Shown: piece by piece, positions 1 to 9,379 of the stretch
Numbering within the stretch: the first letter of the stretch is position 1
How the letters are laid out: each line of letters starts with the position of its first letter
Assembly (NCBI GenBank): GCA_045863395.1
Contig: BTVJ01000008.1
Coordinates: forward strand, 64,001 to 128,000
Reading direction: 5' to 3'
DNA from: Myxococcales bacterium
Lineage (GTDB): Bacteria > Myxococcota_A > UBA9042 > JABWCM01 > BTVJ01
Length of the DNA: 64,000 nucleotides
Notes under the pieces: generated by a model
Databases searched by the model: none
What the model saw: only the letters and a program-made list of their open reading frames with translations
What the model was told of the DNA's origin: nothing
Program-made: the position numbers and the translations under genes

Positions 1-1466
1 TCGAAGCGGGCGTCTCCCCTGTATCTCTCGTCCACCACCAGGTCGATGCCCTTGCCGGCGAGCTCGGCGGACAGGCTCTCGCTGACCTCGGAGACCCAAC
101 GGTGCAGGAACACCTTTCGCACCAGCAGATTCCGCTCGCCGCGCGCGAAGGCCAGGATCTCCCGGGTCATGTGCCCGAGCAGCGCGAACTGCTTGAGGAT
201 GCTGTCGTAGTAGGTCTGCCGCTCCTTCGGGTCGTCCTCGTGCGCCATGAGCTGGGCATAGCCGCTGACGATGGTCATGGGCGTCTTGAAGTCGTGGATC
301 ACGCCAGAGAGCATCTGCCCGATGGCCGCGAGGCGATTCTGGTTGAGCAGCTCGTCTCGGGCCCGCTGGTTCTGCACGGCCTTGGCGACCTGCCCCGCGA
401 TGAGCGTGAGCAGCTTCACGTCGTCCTGCTCGAAGGTGTCCTCACCGGCGACCCTCCCCCGCCGGTTGACGAGCTGGATGGCGCCGAGGATCTCGTCTCC
501 GGTCGAGATGGGCACGCAGATGCCGGACCGCACCGGCGTGTCGCCCGCGGCCCCGGTGATCCACGCGGTCGCCGTGCCCGACACCCCGTCGTTGGCGAGC
601 ACGTTCACGCCGGTGCTCGCGCACCAGCCCGCCACGCCCTGCCCGGGCTCCAGGCGCAGTCTCTGGGCCCCCGCGGTCGCCCCGCACGCCCGGAACACGT
701 AGGTGTTGGCCTTGCGCTCCTTGATGAGGATGCCCCCCGACTCGGCGGGCACCGCCTCCAGCACCCGGTCGAGCACCCCCTCCAGGGCCGCGTCCAGGTC
801 GAGCACGGAGGACACCGTCTCCTCGATGCGAAACAGGACGTCCAGCTCCTGCATCTTGCGGTTGAGCCGGTCCTGCGTGTCGCGCAGCTCCATGTTGCGC
901 GCGACGGCGGCCAGGTAGAGCTTGGAGTTCTCGATGGTCACGGCCGCCTGGCTGCACAGGGCGGCGAGCAGATCCTCGTCCTCCACCGTGAAGTAGCCGG
1001 CGCGCTTGTTGAGCACCTGCACGACGCCGATGGTCTGGCGCCGGTAGTTGCGCATGGGCTGGCAGAGCATGGACGTGGTGCGGTAGCCGGTGCGCTGATC
1101 GATGTCGGGCCGGAAGCGCGGGTCTTTGTAGGCGTCCTTGATGTTCAGCGTGCGCCCCGTCTTCGCGACCCAGCCCGCCAGGCCGTCGCCGACCTTCAGC
1201 CGGAGCTCTCGCAGCTCGCCCGGGTCATCCCCGTTGCCCCCCTGCGCCACCTTCGCCCACAGCTCTCCAGTCGCCTCGTCCAGCAGGAACAGCGAGCTCC
1301 GGTCGGCGTTCAGCAGCTCGGTGATCTTCGCCAGCACCACCTCCAGCACCCGGTCCATGTTCAGCGTAGAGCCCAGCGAGCGGCTGATCTCCTGGATTCC
1401 GGTCAGGCGCACGTCCTGGGCGCGGAGGCGCTCCTCGAGCCTGGCGATGCGGTCCGTGTCAGCCAT
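1..1466 (-). CDS. GAF-GAF sensor histidine kinase (C-terminus runs off the window)
   Basis: Absent from the ORF track because there is no stop in the window; translated by hand from the ATG at 1466 (MADTDRIARLEE...). Two GAF domains (DRSSLFLLDE...GDGLAGWVAKTG...DAYKDPRF; GQGVAGW...CVPI...LGAIQLVN) precede an H-box (LAAIGQMLSGVIHDFKTPMT). Overlaps the polA stop by 8 bp. Confidence 0.9.
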   Translation of the reverse strand, partial: MADTDRIARLEERLRAQDVRLTGIQEISRSLGSTLNMDRVLEVVLAKITELLNADRSSLFLLDEATGELWAKVAQGGNGDDPGELRELRLKVGDGLAGWVAKTGRTLNIKDAYKDPRFRPDIDQRTGYRTTSMLCQPMRNYRRQTIGVVQVLNKRAGYFTVEDEDLLAALCSQAAVTIENSKLYLAAVARNMELRDTQDRLNRKMQELDVLFRIEETVSSVLDLDAALEGVLDRVLEAVPAESGGILIKERKANTYVFRACGATAGAQRLRLEPGQGVAGWCASTGVNVLANDGVSGTATAWITGAAGDTPVRSGICVPISTGDEILGAIQLVNRRGRVAGEDTFEQDDVKLLTLIAGQVAKAVQNQRARDELLNQNRLAAIGQMLSGVIHDFKTPMTIVSGYAQLMAHEDDPKERQTYYDSILKQFALLGHMTREILAFARGERNLLVRKVFLHRWVSEVSESLSAELAGKGIDLVVDERYRGDARF

Positions 1467-4161
1467 GGGCCTCACTCCACGTGCGCCCGGTGTAAACGTC
1501 GACCACCAGCGGCACGCGCAGGGTCGGGTCGACGCCCTCCATCTCTTCGCGGGCGACGGTCGTCAGGCGCTCGACCTCCCCCTCCGGCACCTCGAACACC
1601 AGCTCGTCGTGCACCTGGAGCGCCATGCGTGACGCGAGGCCCTCTGCCTCGATGCGCGCGGCTACGCGGATCATGGCGATCTTGATGAGATCCGCCGCCG
1701 AGCCCTGGATTGGCGTGTTGATGGCCATGCGCTCGGCGCCGGCGCGCACGTTGAAGTTGGTGCTCTCGATGTCGGGCAGGGGGCGCTTGCGGCCGATGCG
1801 CGTCGTGACGAGCCCCGTCGCGTGTGCGCTCGCCATGGTCTCGTCGAGCCAGGTGCGGACCTTGGGGTACCGGGCGAAGTAGCCGTCGATGTAGGCCTGG
1901 GCGTCCTGCTTGGAGATGCCCAGGTCGTTGGCCAAGCGGAAGGCGCTCATACCGTAGACGATGCCGAAGTTGATGGCCTTGGCGCGCCCTCGGATCTCGG
2001 GGGTCATCTCGTCGAGGGGGACGCCGAAGACCTCCGAGGCGGTGCGGGTGTGGATGTCCGCCCCGTCGACGAACGCCTGGATCATGCCCTCGTCGCCTGC
2101 GATGTCCGCCAGCAGGCGGAGCTCTATCTGCGAGTAGTCGGCGGACAGCAGCACGTGCCCCGGCGCGGCCACGAAGGCCTGGCGGATGCGCCGACCCGCC
2201 TCCGTGCGCACCGGGATGTTCTGCAGGTTCGGGTCGCTGGACGACAGGCGCCCGGTGGCGGCGACGGCCTGGTTGTACGACGTGTGGATGCGGCCTGTCT
2301 CGGGGTTCACGAGGCCCGGCAGCGTGTCGCAGTAGGTCGACTTGAGCTTGGAGCTCTGCCGCCACTCCAGGACCTTGGCGCAGATGGGGTGACTCGCGGC
2401 GAGATCCTCCAGCACCGACGAGTCCGTCGACCACCCCGTCTTGGTCTTCTTGCCCTTGGGCAGCTTCAGGCGGTCAAAGAGGATCTGACCGAGCTGCTTC
2501 GGCGACCCGACGGCGAAGCGCTCGCCGGCCAGGTCCCAGATCTCCTGCTCCAGGCGAGCCATGGCGAGGCCCATCTCGGTAGAGAGCGCGTGGAGCTGCG
2601 CCACGTCGAGCAGGATGCCGTGCAGCTCCATGTGGGCGAGCACCCGGCTGAGCGGCAGCTCGATGTCCGTCATGAGCGCCGCGAGGCCCTCGCGCTCGAC
2701 GATGGGGCGCAGGCAGTCCGTCAGGCGGGCGCAGACCAGCGCGTCCTCGCAGGCGTAGGCCGAGGCGCGCGGGATGTCCACCTCGGCGAACGTGATCTGG
2801 CTCTTGCCGCTGCCCGTGACGTCCTCGTACTTGATGGTCTTGTGGTTCAACCAGTCGAGGGCGATGTTGTCGAGGTTGTGCTGGTACTTGCCCGGGTCGA
2901 TGAGGTAGCTCGCGATCATCGTGTCGAAGGCGACGCCGCGCACCGTGACGCCATGACGCAGCAAGATCAAGTAGTCATACTTGTAGTTCTGACCCAGCTT
3001 CTCAACGGTCGGGTCCTCGAGGACCGGCCGCAGGGCGTCGAGGACCCGCTCCAGGGGGAGCTGGGGCGGGACGCCCAGGTAGTGGTGGGCGACGGGGATG
3101 TAGAAACCGAGGGTGGCGGTGGGCGCCAGCGCGATGCCCACGATGCGGGCGCGCACGGGGTCGACGGAGGTGGTCTCCAGGTCGAAGGAGACGCGACCCG
3201 AGGCGCGGATGGCGGCGACCGCCTCGTCGAGCTGCGCCGTGTCGAGCACGGTCACCTGCCGCTCCCGTGGAGCATCGGGCGCCTTGGGGGTCTCCGCGTG
3301 GAACTCCCGGATGAAGCCCTTGAACTCCAGGTGGCGGAACAGCTCCGTCAGCGCGGGGCGGTCGGGCTCGCTCACGCGCAGCTCGTCCCAGGTGACGGGC
3401 ACGGGGGCGTCGTCGCGGAGCGTGACCAGAGCCTGCGCCCGGTACGCGTCCTCCCGCCCCTCCTGGAGGCGCGTGAGGGTCGCACCCTTGAGGGCCGCCA
3501 GGTTGGCGAACACCCCGTCCAGGTCCCCGAAGTCGGTCAGCAGCTTCGCGGCGGTCTTGGGCCCGATGCCGTGCACGCCCTTGATGTTGTCGGAGGTGTC
3601 GCCGGTCAGCGCGAGGAGGTCACGGATCTGCGACGGCGGCACGCCCCACTTCTCCTGCACCCCGGCGACGTCGTAGCGCTTGTCGACCATGGTGTCGACC
3701 ATGGTCACGTGGGGGCCGACGAGCTGCATGAGGTCCTTGTCGCTGGACACGATGAACACGTCGATGCCGTCGGCCAGCGCGCGCCGCGTCAGGGTGGCGA
3801 TGATGTCGTCGGCCTCCCAGCCGTCGAGCGCCAGGTAGGGGATGCGGAGCCCCGCGGCGATGCGGGCAATGTAGGGCACCTGCGGGCGGAGGTCCTCTGG
3901 CATCTCGGCGCGGTTTGCCTTGTAGTCCGCGGACATCTCGTGGCGGAAGGTCGGCGCCGACGTGTCGAAGGCGACGGCGAGCAGATCGGGGTGCTCGTCC
4001 TTGAGCAGCTTGAGCAGCATGCTCGTGAAGCCATACAGCGCGTTGGTCGGCATGCCCTGGCTGTTGGTCAGGCTGCGGATGGCGTGGAAGGCGCGGAACA
4101 TGAGGTTGGCGCCATCCAGCACGTACAGCCGCCGCGGGCTGTCAGGGGCAGTGGTCGACAT
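1459..4161 (-). CDS. polA: DNA polymerase I
   Basis: 5'-3' exonuclease (LDGANLMFRAFHA, EADD, GDTSDNIKGV), 3'-5' exonuclease (FDLETT) and polymerase motifs (DYSQIELR, RAKAINFGIVYG, QVHDEL). Confidence 0.98.
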   Translation of the reverse strand: MSTTAPDSPRRLYVLDGANLMFRAFHAIRSLTNSQGMPTNALYGFTSMLLKLLKDEHPDLLAVAFDTSAPTFRHEMSADYKANRAEMPEDLRPQVPYIARIAAGLRIPYLALDGWEADDIIATLTRRALADGIDVFIVSSDKDLMQLVGPHVTMVDTMVDKRYDVAGVQEKWGVPPSQIRDLLALTGDTSDNIKGVHGIGPKTAAKLLTDFGDLDGVFANLAALKGATLTRLQEGREDAYRAQALVTLRDDAPVPVTWDELRVSEPDRPALTELFRHLEFKGFIREFHAETPKAPDAPRERQVTVLDTAQLDEAVAAIRASGRVSFDLETTSVDPVRARIVGIALAPTATLGFYIPVAHHYLGVPPQLPLERVLDALRPVLEDPTVEKLGQNYKYDYLILLRHGVTVRGVAFDTMIASYLIDPGKYQHNLDNIALDWLNHKTIKYEDVTGSGKSQITFAEVDIPRASAYACEDALVCARLTDCLRPIVEREGLAALMTDIELPLSRVLAHMELHGILLDVAQLHALSTEMGLAMARLEQEIWDLAGERFAVGSPKQLGQILFDRLKLPKGKKTKTGWSTDSSVLEDLAASHPICAKVLEWRQSSKLKSTYCDTLPGLVNPETGRIHTSYNQAVAATGRLSSSDPNLQNIPVRTEAGRRIRQAFVAAPGHVLLSADYSQIELRLLADIAGDEGMIQAFVDGADIHTRTASEVFGVPLDEMTPEIRGRAKAINFGIVYGMSAFRLANDLGISKQDAQAYIDGYFARYPKVRTWLDETMASAHATGLVTTRIGRKRPLPDIESTNFNVRAGAERMAINTPIQGSAADLIKIAMIRVAARIEAEGLASRMALQVHDELVFEVPEGEVERLTTVAREEMEGVDPTLRVPLVVDVYTGRTWSEAHG

Positions 4162-4333
4162 GGGGTCACGTTCCTGCAGGGTTCACGGGGCCGCCCGGCG
4201 CGGCCGGGACCCTTTGTACCGCAGCACATCCCTCCAGTAAACCTGAGGCCGCTTCCGGTTTACGGCCGAAGCGAGCGGATGCTATGCTCCACCGGCCGCG
4301 TGCTCGGTAAGCGCGGGAGCACCGGAGGTCGAC

Positions 4334-4912
4334 ATGAGCGAGCGATCACAGACCGCAGTGATGCCGATGATGACCGTAGTGGGTTGGACGTTGACGCTCG
4401 CCTTGCTCTCTCTCGGCTGCAGCAAGATCGACCGGTCCGGCACCCCCCTGGAGCAGACGGGGCCCGCTCCGACCGCCACGGAGGAGCCCGCAGGCCCCGT
4501 CGGCGGCCCGCCCATCAAGCCTCCGGTCATCGGTGGCGACTCGCGCCCCGAGTGCAAGCTGAACAAGCTCGTCCGCGAGCCGGAGGAGGGCACGGCGGAG
4601 CACGTCGTCGCCGCGCTCTACGACGCGGCGGTCGCTCCCGACGACGAGGCGTCGTTTCAGCGCTTCTACGCCAACTTCCTGCCCAAGCACCATGAGGGGT
4701 GGGTCCGCGAGCAGTACTGGCCGCGGATCCGGCAGCACGTGGACAAGTACCTGCTGTCCCGCAGCCCGGTCACCTTCTACATCTGCAGGACCATGGACGT
4801 CACGGGGGGCATCAAGCTGTTCATCCGGTCCAACGACCCGAAGAAGAGCGACCCGCCCATTGCGCTGATGCGCACGCCGTCGGGCTGGAAGGTGGACACG
4901 TTCAGCTACTGA
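4334..4912 (+). CDS. Hypothetical lipoprotein
   Basis: Hydrophobic signal ending LSLGC, Pro-rich linker, globular C-terminal domain, GC3-rich coding frame. Start may be a few codons later. Confidence 0.7.
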   Translation: MSERSQTAVMPMMTVVGWTLTLALLSLGCSKIDRSGTPLEQTGPAPTATEEPAGPVGGPPIKPPVIGGDSRPECKLNKLVREPEEGTAEHVVAALYDAAVAPDDEASFQRFYANFLPKHHEGWVREQYWPRIRQHVDKYLLSRSPVTFYICRTMDVTGGIKLFIRSNDPKKSDPPIALMRTPSGWKVDTFSY

Positions 4913-4971
4913 GCGGGCCGACGCTTTCGTTTAGGCAATAAATTCAGGATATTGGGCAGGCTTGTGCCACC

Positions 4972-5000
4972 TTGACAACCTCCGGGGGGTCGTGTAGGCT
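4972..5000 (+). promoter_or_regulatory. Putative sigma70-type promoter with AT-rich upstream tract
   Basis: TTGACA-17 bp-TAGGCT upstream of the 5054 gene; AT-rich stretch at about 4926-4953. Confidence 0.55.
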
Positions 5001-5053
5001 TCGGGCCGTCCGTTTGTGCAACAGGTTGAAATTCCAACAAACAAGGCAACTCC

Positions 5054-6778
5054 ATGGGACGTCTGATGAGACCCCCGGCGCGCTGGTCGACCCTCGCGGC
5101 GGCTGTAGCGGCGGCGCTGTGCCTGGCTTGCGGGTGTGACTACGGGGCGGGCGAGGGGGAGGCGACGTCGCCGGGCCTCTCGGTGACCGTGGGCGCCCTC
5201 AAGAGCTCCTGCGGCGCGAGCGACGCGAACCCCCTCCAGGTGGTCAACAGCATCCGTGTCTGCGGTCAAGCGCCCATACGGCTCGCCGACGGGGGCAGCG
5301 CGGTCCGAAAGCTCTTCGACCAGACCGTCGGGGTGGGCGCTGACGTGTCCATCGGGAATGTCCGAGTGAACGACCTGTACGAGGTCACCGCCGTCGGGCT
5401 CGTCGGCGGTCAGCCCAAGTACTTCGGGCGGGCGAAGAACGTGTCCGTCCGGGTGGACGCCGCGACGGACATCTCCTTGACCCTCGCCCCGTTCAACGAC
5501 GTCGCCTGCATCGACACCAAGCCGGCGGGCAACCCGAACCACCGCCTGTGGCCGGCCTCCGTGCGCCTGGCGGACGGGCGGGTGTTCGTGACGGGCGGCT
5601 TCGGCGGCATCACGACGGCCGGCGGAAAGGCGGAGCTGACCAACGCGTCGGACAAGACCTTCTTCTTCGATCCGCGCGACGGCTCCGTCGCCCTCGGGCC
5701 CACCTTGAAGCAGGGGCGCGGCGGCCACGCGGCCATCTTCGTGCCCACCGAGAAGAAGGTCGTGCTGATCGGCGGCGCCAGCAGGATGCCCTTCAGCGAC
5801 ACACCGGACCGCATCGGGCTCCAGTTCGACCCCCAGACGGCGCTCAACACGGTCGAGGTCATCGACGTGTCCACCAAGGCCGGGGCCGTGGTGGCGAGCG
5901 GCATCACGATGAAGTTCAAGCGCGTCTTCCCGCAGGTGGCGCTCATCGGGTCCGGTGAGGTGATCATCACGGGTGGCGGCGCGTGGCCCGAGGCGAACGC
6001 CGACTACAAGACGTCGGAGATCTTCGACGCGCGCACCGACGAGCTGACCTCTGCCATCACCGTCATCGACTTTGCTCCCCGCAGCGGCCACACGCTGACC
6101 TTCGTGAAGAACGAGACGGTCGAGAGCTCCACGGTGGAGATCTTCCTCGCCTGGGGCGGCACGACGGCGGACTCCAAGGCGGCGTTCCTGGTCAACACGC
6201 GCGGACAGCAGCAGGCCCAGCCGACCTTCGCGACCGCCAAGTTCACCGCCGACAGCGCGCCCCTGGATCGCACGTGGTTCCACTCGGTGACGCCGCTGTC
6301 CAACGACCGGTTCCTCGTGCTCGGCGGGGTGAGCAACACGGGCTCCAAGCTCGACAGGCTGGAGGCCGACTTCGCATGGCTGGCCACCTACGCGCGGACC
6401 GACAACGAGCGGACCATCAAGGTGGAGAAGCTGAGCGGCTTCCCCAACGGGCGCTGGGGCCACTCGGCTACGTCGCACGACGGGGCAGCGGCCACCATCA
6501 TCGGCGGCTTCACGAGCCTCACTGGCGACGGCTCCAGCTCTGTCGTGTACTTCGACGGGGTGAAGAAGGCGTTCTCGACGAGCCCGCAGCCCCCGTCGTT
6601 CGCGCCACGGGGCGGCCACGCGGCCACCCCTCTGCTCGACGACTCCATCTTCCTGGCGGGCGGAGTGCAGACCCCGGCGGACATCGGGAAGCCTGAGGTG
6701 ATGCTCACCGACGTCTACGTGCCGAACAACGTGAGCTTCTGCACGGCGCCCGTGCCGGCTGAGGGAGAGGAGCTTTAG
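5054..6778 (+). CDS. Kelch/galactose-oxidase-like beta-propeller lipoprotein
   Basis: Lipobox-like CLACGC; repeated kelch units (RxxHxA..L.DG.V..xGG: GRVFVTGG, RGGHAA, RSGHTLT, FHSVTPL, RWGHSAT, RGGHAATPLLDDSIFLAGG). Confidence 0.8.
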   Translation: MGRLMRPPARWSTLAAAVAAALCLACGCDYGAGEGEATSPGLSVTVGALKSSCGASDANPLQVVNSIRVCGQAPIRLADGGSAVRKLFDQTVGVGADVSIGNVRVNDLYEVTAVGLVGGQPKYFGRAKNVSVRVDAATDISLTLAPFNDVACIDTKPAGNPNHRLWPASVRLADGRVFVTGGFGGITTAGGKAELTNASDKTFFFDPRDGSVALGPTLKQGRGGHAAIFVPTEKKVVLIGGASRMPFSDTPDRIGLQFDPQTALNTVEVIDVSTKAGAVVASGITMKFKRVFPQVALIGSGEVIITGGGAWPEANADYKTSEIFDARTDELTSAITVIDFAPRSGHTLTFVKNETVESSTVEIFLAWGGTTADSKAAFLVNTRGQQQAQPTFATAKFTADSAPLDRTWFHSVTPLSNDRFLVLGGVSNTGSKLDRLEADFAWLATYARTDNERTIKVEKLSGFPNGRWGHSATSHDGAAATIIGGFTSLTGDGSSSVVYFDGVKKAFSTSPQPPSFAPRGGHAATPLLDDSIFLAGGVQTPADIGKPEVMLTDVYVPNNVSFCTAPVPAEGEEL

Positions 6779-6782
6779 GACC

Positions 6783-8162
6783 ATGATGATCCGAAACACG
6801 TCCCCCTCCGTGCGAGTCATGGCGACGTTCCTCGCCGGCGCGGTCCTCCACATGGCGACGCACACGCTCTCCATCGGCGTTGGCACGGCGTGGGCACAGG
6901 GCGCCGACAAGGCAGACCGCAGCGTGGGCCTGTTCGTCGTGCCGAAGGCCCAGGGCAACGAGCAGGATGCGCTGGTGCTCCAGTCCATCCTCCGCGGGAA
7001 CATGGACAAGCTGCGGGGGGTCACCCTCGCAAGGACCGCACCCATCCGCAACGCGGACAGCGTGCAGCGCGCAGGTACCCTCCTGGATCAGGCGCAGAAG
7101 GCGCTGGCCACAGGGTCGTCCGCGGACGCCCTCAAGCAGGCGCAGAGCGCGTGGGAGCTGCTGTCCCTGGCGCAGGGCGCCGCCGACGACCGCCTGCTGG
7201 CGCTCCTCATGAAGGTGCTGGGCGTGGCCAGCGCCATGAACGGCCAGCCGGACGATGCGTACCGCTACATCCGTCGGTCGGTGCTCTTGTGGGACAACCA
7301 GTCGGCAGCCGAGTACGGCTACTCGCTGGAGGCGCGCAACATCTACGATCAGGTCATGGCGGACATCTCGACCGACCCCACGGGCACGCTGGAGCTGTCC
7401 AGCATCCCCGCGGGCGCCGAGGTGTACGTAGGTGGCCAGCTCCGTGGCTACACCCCGATCACCCTGACGAGCCTGACCGCGGGCGGAACCTATGTGCAGG
7501 TCGCGAAGGACGGCTACTTCCACTGGGCGGACTTCGTGGACGTCCCGGTGAGCGGGCAGGGCAAGGCGGACGCCATCCTGACCCCGTCACCAGGGAAGGG
7601 CGCCGTGGAGACCACCCTCTCCGAGGTGACCCGCAGCTTCCAGGCGAACAAGGTCAACGGCCCGCTGATGGACCTGCAGTCGGCCTTGGGATCGACCGAG
7701 CTGATCGTCCTTCGTGCCACCCTGGTCAACGGCGTCACCTTCGACATCGACGGCTGGTACATGGCGAAGGACGGCGCGGTCCAGCCGGTCACGCTCCAGG
7801 TGGCGAGGGACGCGAGTCTGCTCGAGAACCTCAAGCTGTTCCTGGCGACGCAGCTCGCCACGTCCTACGCCCCGGAGCCCGTCCGAGGGCCCCTCGCGGC
7901 GCCTGTGGGCGGCGCGGCCGTCTCCGGTCAGCCGACCGGAGACGAGGGGGAGCTGATCCTCGACCCCAACGCCCCGATCTTCAAGAAGACCGGCGACGGC
8001 GATGAGGACGCCATCACGAACCAGTGGTGGTTCTGGACCCTCATCGGCGTCGGCGTGGCCGGCGCCGCCACCGCCATCATCCTGCCGCTCACCCTGGGCG
8101 GCGACGACTCCTCTGGAGCCGGCCCGACGGGCAGCCTGAACCTCAAGTTCGGGAGCTACTGA
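6783..8162 (+). CDS. Secreted TPR-like/PEGA domain protein
   Basis: PEGA motif GTLELSSIPAGAEVYVGG..RGYTP; C-terminal WWFWTLIGVGVAG hydrophobic segment typical of myxobacterial PEGA proteins. Confidence 0.8.
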   Translation: MMIRNTSPSVRVMATFLAGAVLHMATHTLSIGVGTAWAQGADKADRSVGLFVVPKAQGNEQDALVLQSILRGNMDKLRGVTLARTAPIRNADSVQRAGTLLDQAQKALATGSSADALKQAQSAWELLSLAQGAADDRLLALLMKVLGVASAMNGQPDDAYRYIRRSVLLWDNQSAAEYGYSLEARNIYDQVMADISTDPTGTLELSSIPAGAEVYVGGQLRGYTPITLTSLTAGGTYVQVAKDGYFHWADFVDVPVSGQGKADAILTPSPGKGAVETTLSEVTRSFQANKVNGPLMDLQSALGSTELIVLRATLVNGVTFDIDGWYMAKDGAVQPVTLQVARDASLLENLKLFLATQLATSYAPEPVRGPLAAPVGGAAVSGQPTGDEGELILDPNAPIFKKTGDGDEDAITNQWWFWTLIGVGVAGAATAIILPLTLGGDDSSGAGPTGSLNLKFGSY

Positions 8163-9240
8163 CGGTCCCCGCGACGATCTCGAGCCGCGACGCGATGTGG
8201 CGTGCCAGGCCGTCCATGTCCCCCCTCTCGAAGTCCGTCGCCACAGCGCCGCAGGCGTGTGCCCCGACGGTGGCCAGCATTCGGGGGGTAGCCTGGGAGA
8301 GCAGACGGGCCTCGGCGACTCGCTGGGCGGGGCTGTCGCCGTCCTCACACACCACGACGCAGGGGCGCCCTGCGTCCGGGTAGCCTTCGCACACCACGAC
8401 GTGGACATCCGGTGGCATGAAGGAGAGAGCCGCGGCCAGCGGGAGCTCCTCCGCCTCGGTCCGGTAGAGGGCCACCGCTGCCGAGCCGACGGTGACGACG
8501 CTCGTCGCGCCGACGCTCGAGTAGTTCGAGGACGATGACCCTTCGGGATCCGCTAGTTCGGGCGGGGAGGCGCGACGCACGACGCCGACGCGCAGCCCGA
8601 GGCGCTTCAGCTCCCTCACCAGAGACGCCGTGACCGCCACCGTGGCGGGCAGGGAGACGCCCAGGACCGAGATGACGGGGGGACCCAGGGTGCCGTGCCC
8701 GCCCCCGATGGCTCGCTGCAGCGCCTCGGTCTCGGCGCCGGCGGACCTGCCGCGCCTCGCCCTGTCCAGGAGCTGGGCCACGTCGGGTCCGCTGTTGGAG
8801 GGCTTCGGGATGGGGAAGCTCGCGGTGTCCTTGCGGTCTGTGCGGACCAGTCGCACCTTGCCACCGCCTTGCTCCCCTTGGAATCGGAGGCGACCCGAGC
8901 GGCCGGGCGCATCCTCGGGAGTCGCCGCGATGACTGCGGTCAGCACGCGGCCAACGAGGACAGCGACCGGATCGGCGGACGAAGCGCCCACGTCGGCGTG
9001 GATCTCGCCGCGGACAGGGACCCCCTCCCGATAGAGCGTGGACAGGGCCTCGCAGAGGGCCGTGAAGGTGCGAGTGACCAGTGGGTCCAGGCGACCGACG
9101 GCCCGGGCCACCTCCACGACGGAGATGGTGACCGTCCCGTCGTCGTGGGCGAGCCCGAGGGAGGCCGCGAGCGGGTCCTTGAGCCGGACGGTGGTCACGG
9201 GCGCGGAGCGAAGCCAGGGAACGGAAGGGAAGAGTGGCAT
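8143..9240 (-). CDS. FmdE-like N-terminal domain fused to a degenerate MobB-like domain
   Basis: N-terminus (LKDPLAASLG...LYREGVPVRGEI) resembles FmdE-like proteins. C-terminus (VISVLG...RELKRLGLRVGVV...GATSVV...DVHVVVCEGY) follows the MobB pattern but has no intact P-loop. Confidence 0.65.
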   Translation of the reverse strand: MPLFPSVPWLRSAPVTTVRLKDPLAASLGLAHDDGTVTISVVEVARAVGRLDPLVTRTFTALCEALSTLYREGVPVRGEIHADVGASSADPVAVLVGRVLTAVIAATPEDAPGRSGRLRFQGEQGGGKVRLVRTDRKDTASFPIPKPSNSGPDVAQLLDRARRGRSAGAETEALQRAIGGGHGTLGPPVISVLGVSLPATVAVTASLVRELKRLGLRVGVVRRASPPELADPEGSSSSNYSSVGATSVVTVGSAAVALYRTEAEELPLAAALSFMPPDVHVVVCEGYPDAGRPCVVVCEDGDSPAQRVAEARLLSQATPRMLATVGAHACGAVATDFERGDMDGLARHIASRLEIVAGTVSSSRT

Positions 9241-9379
9241 GGGGGACTCCTGGACGCAGGAGGATACGCCCCCCGCAGCGTCCGTTCAATCCACTCTTCC
9301 ACGAGGGTGAGGGAGCTTGTGTCAAGGGCGCGGCCCTGCTAGCTTGTGCGACCGATCCAGCCCCGTAGACGACGGTTGA

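Noticed and set aside
3682..3705. Tandem GTCGACCATGGT repeat with palindromic character
   Set aside because: Lies inside polA and encodes TMVDTMVD; most simply a coding coincidence.
102..4695. Long plus-strand ORFs 102..1685 and 1822..4695
   Set aside because: Antisense shadows of the histidine kinase and polA. Stop-poor reverse frames are expected at this GC content, and they carry no motifs.
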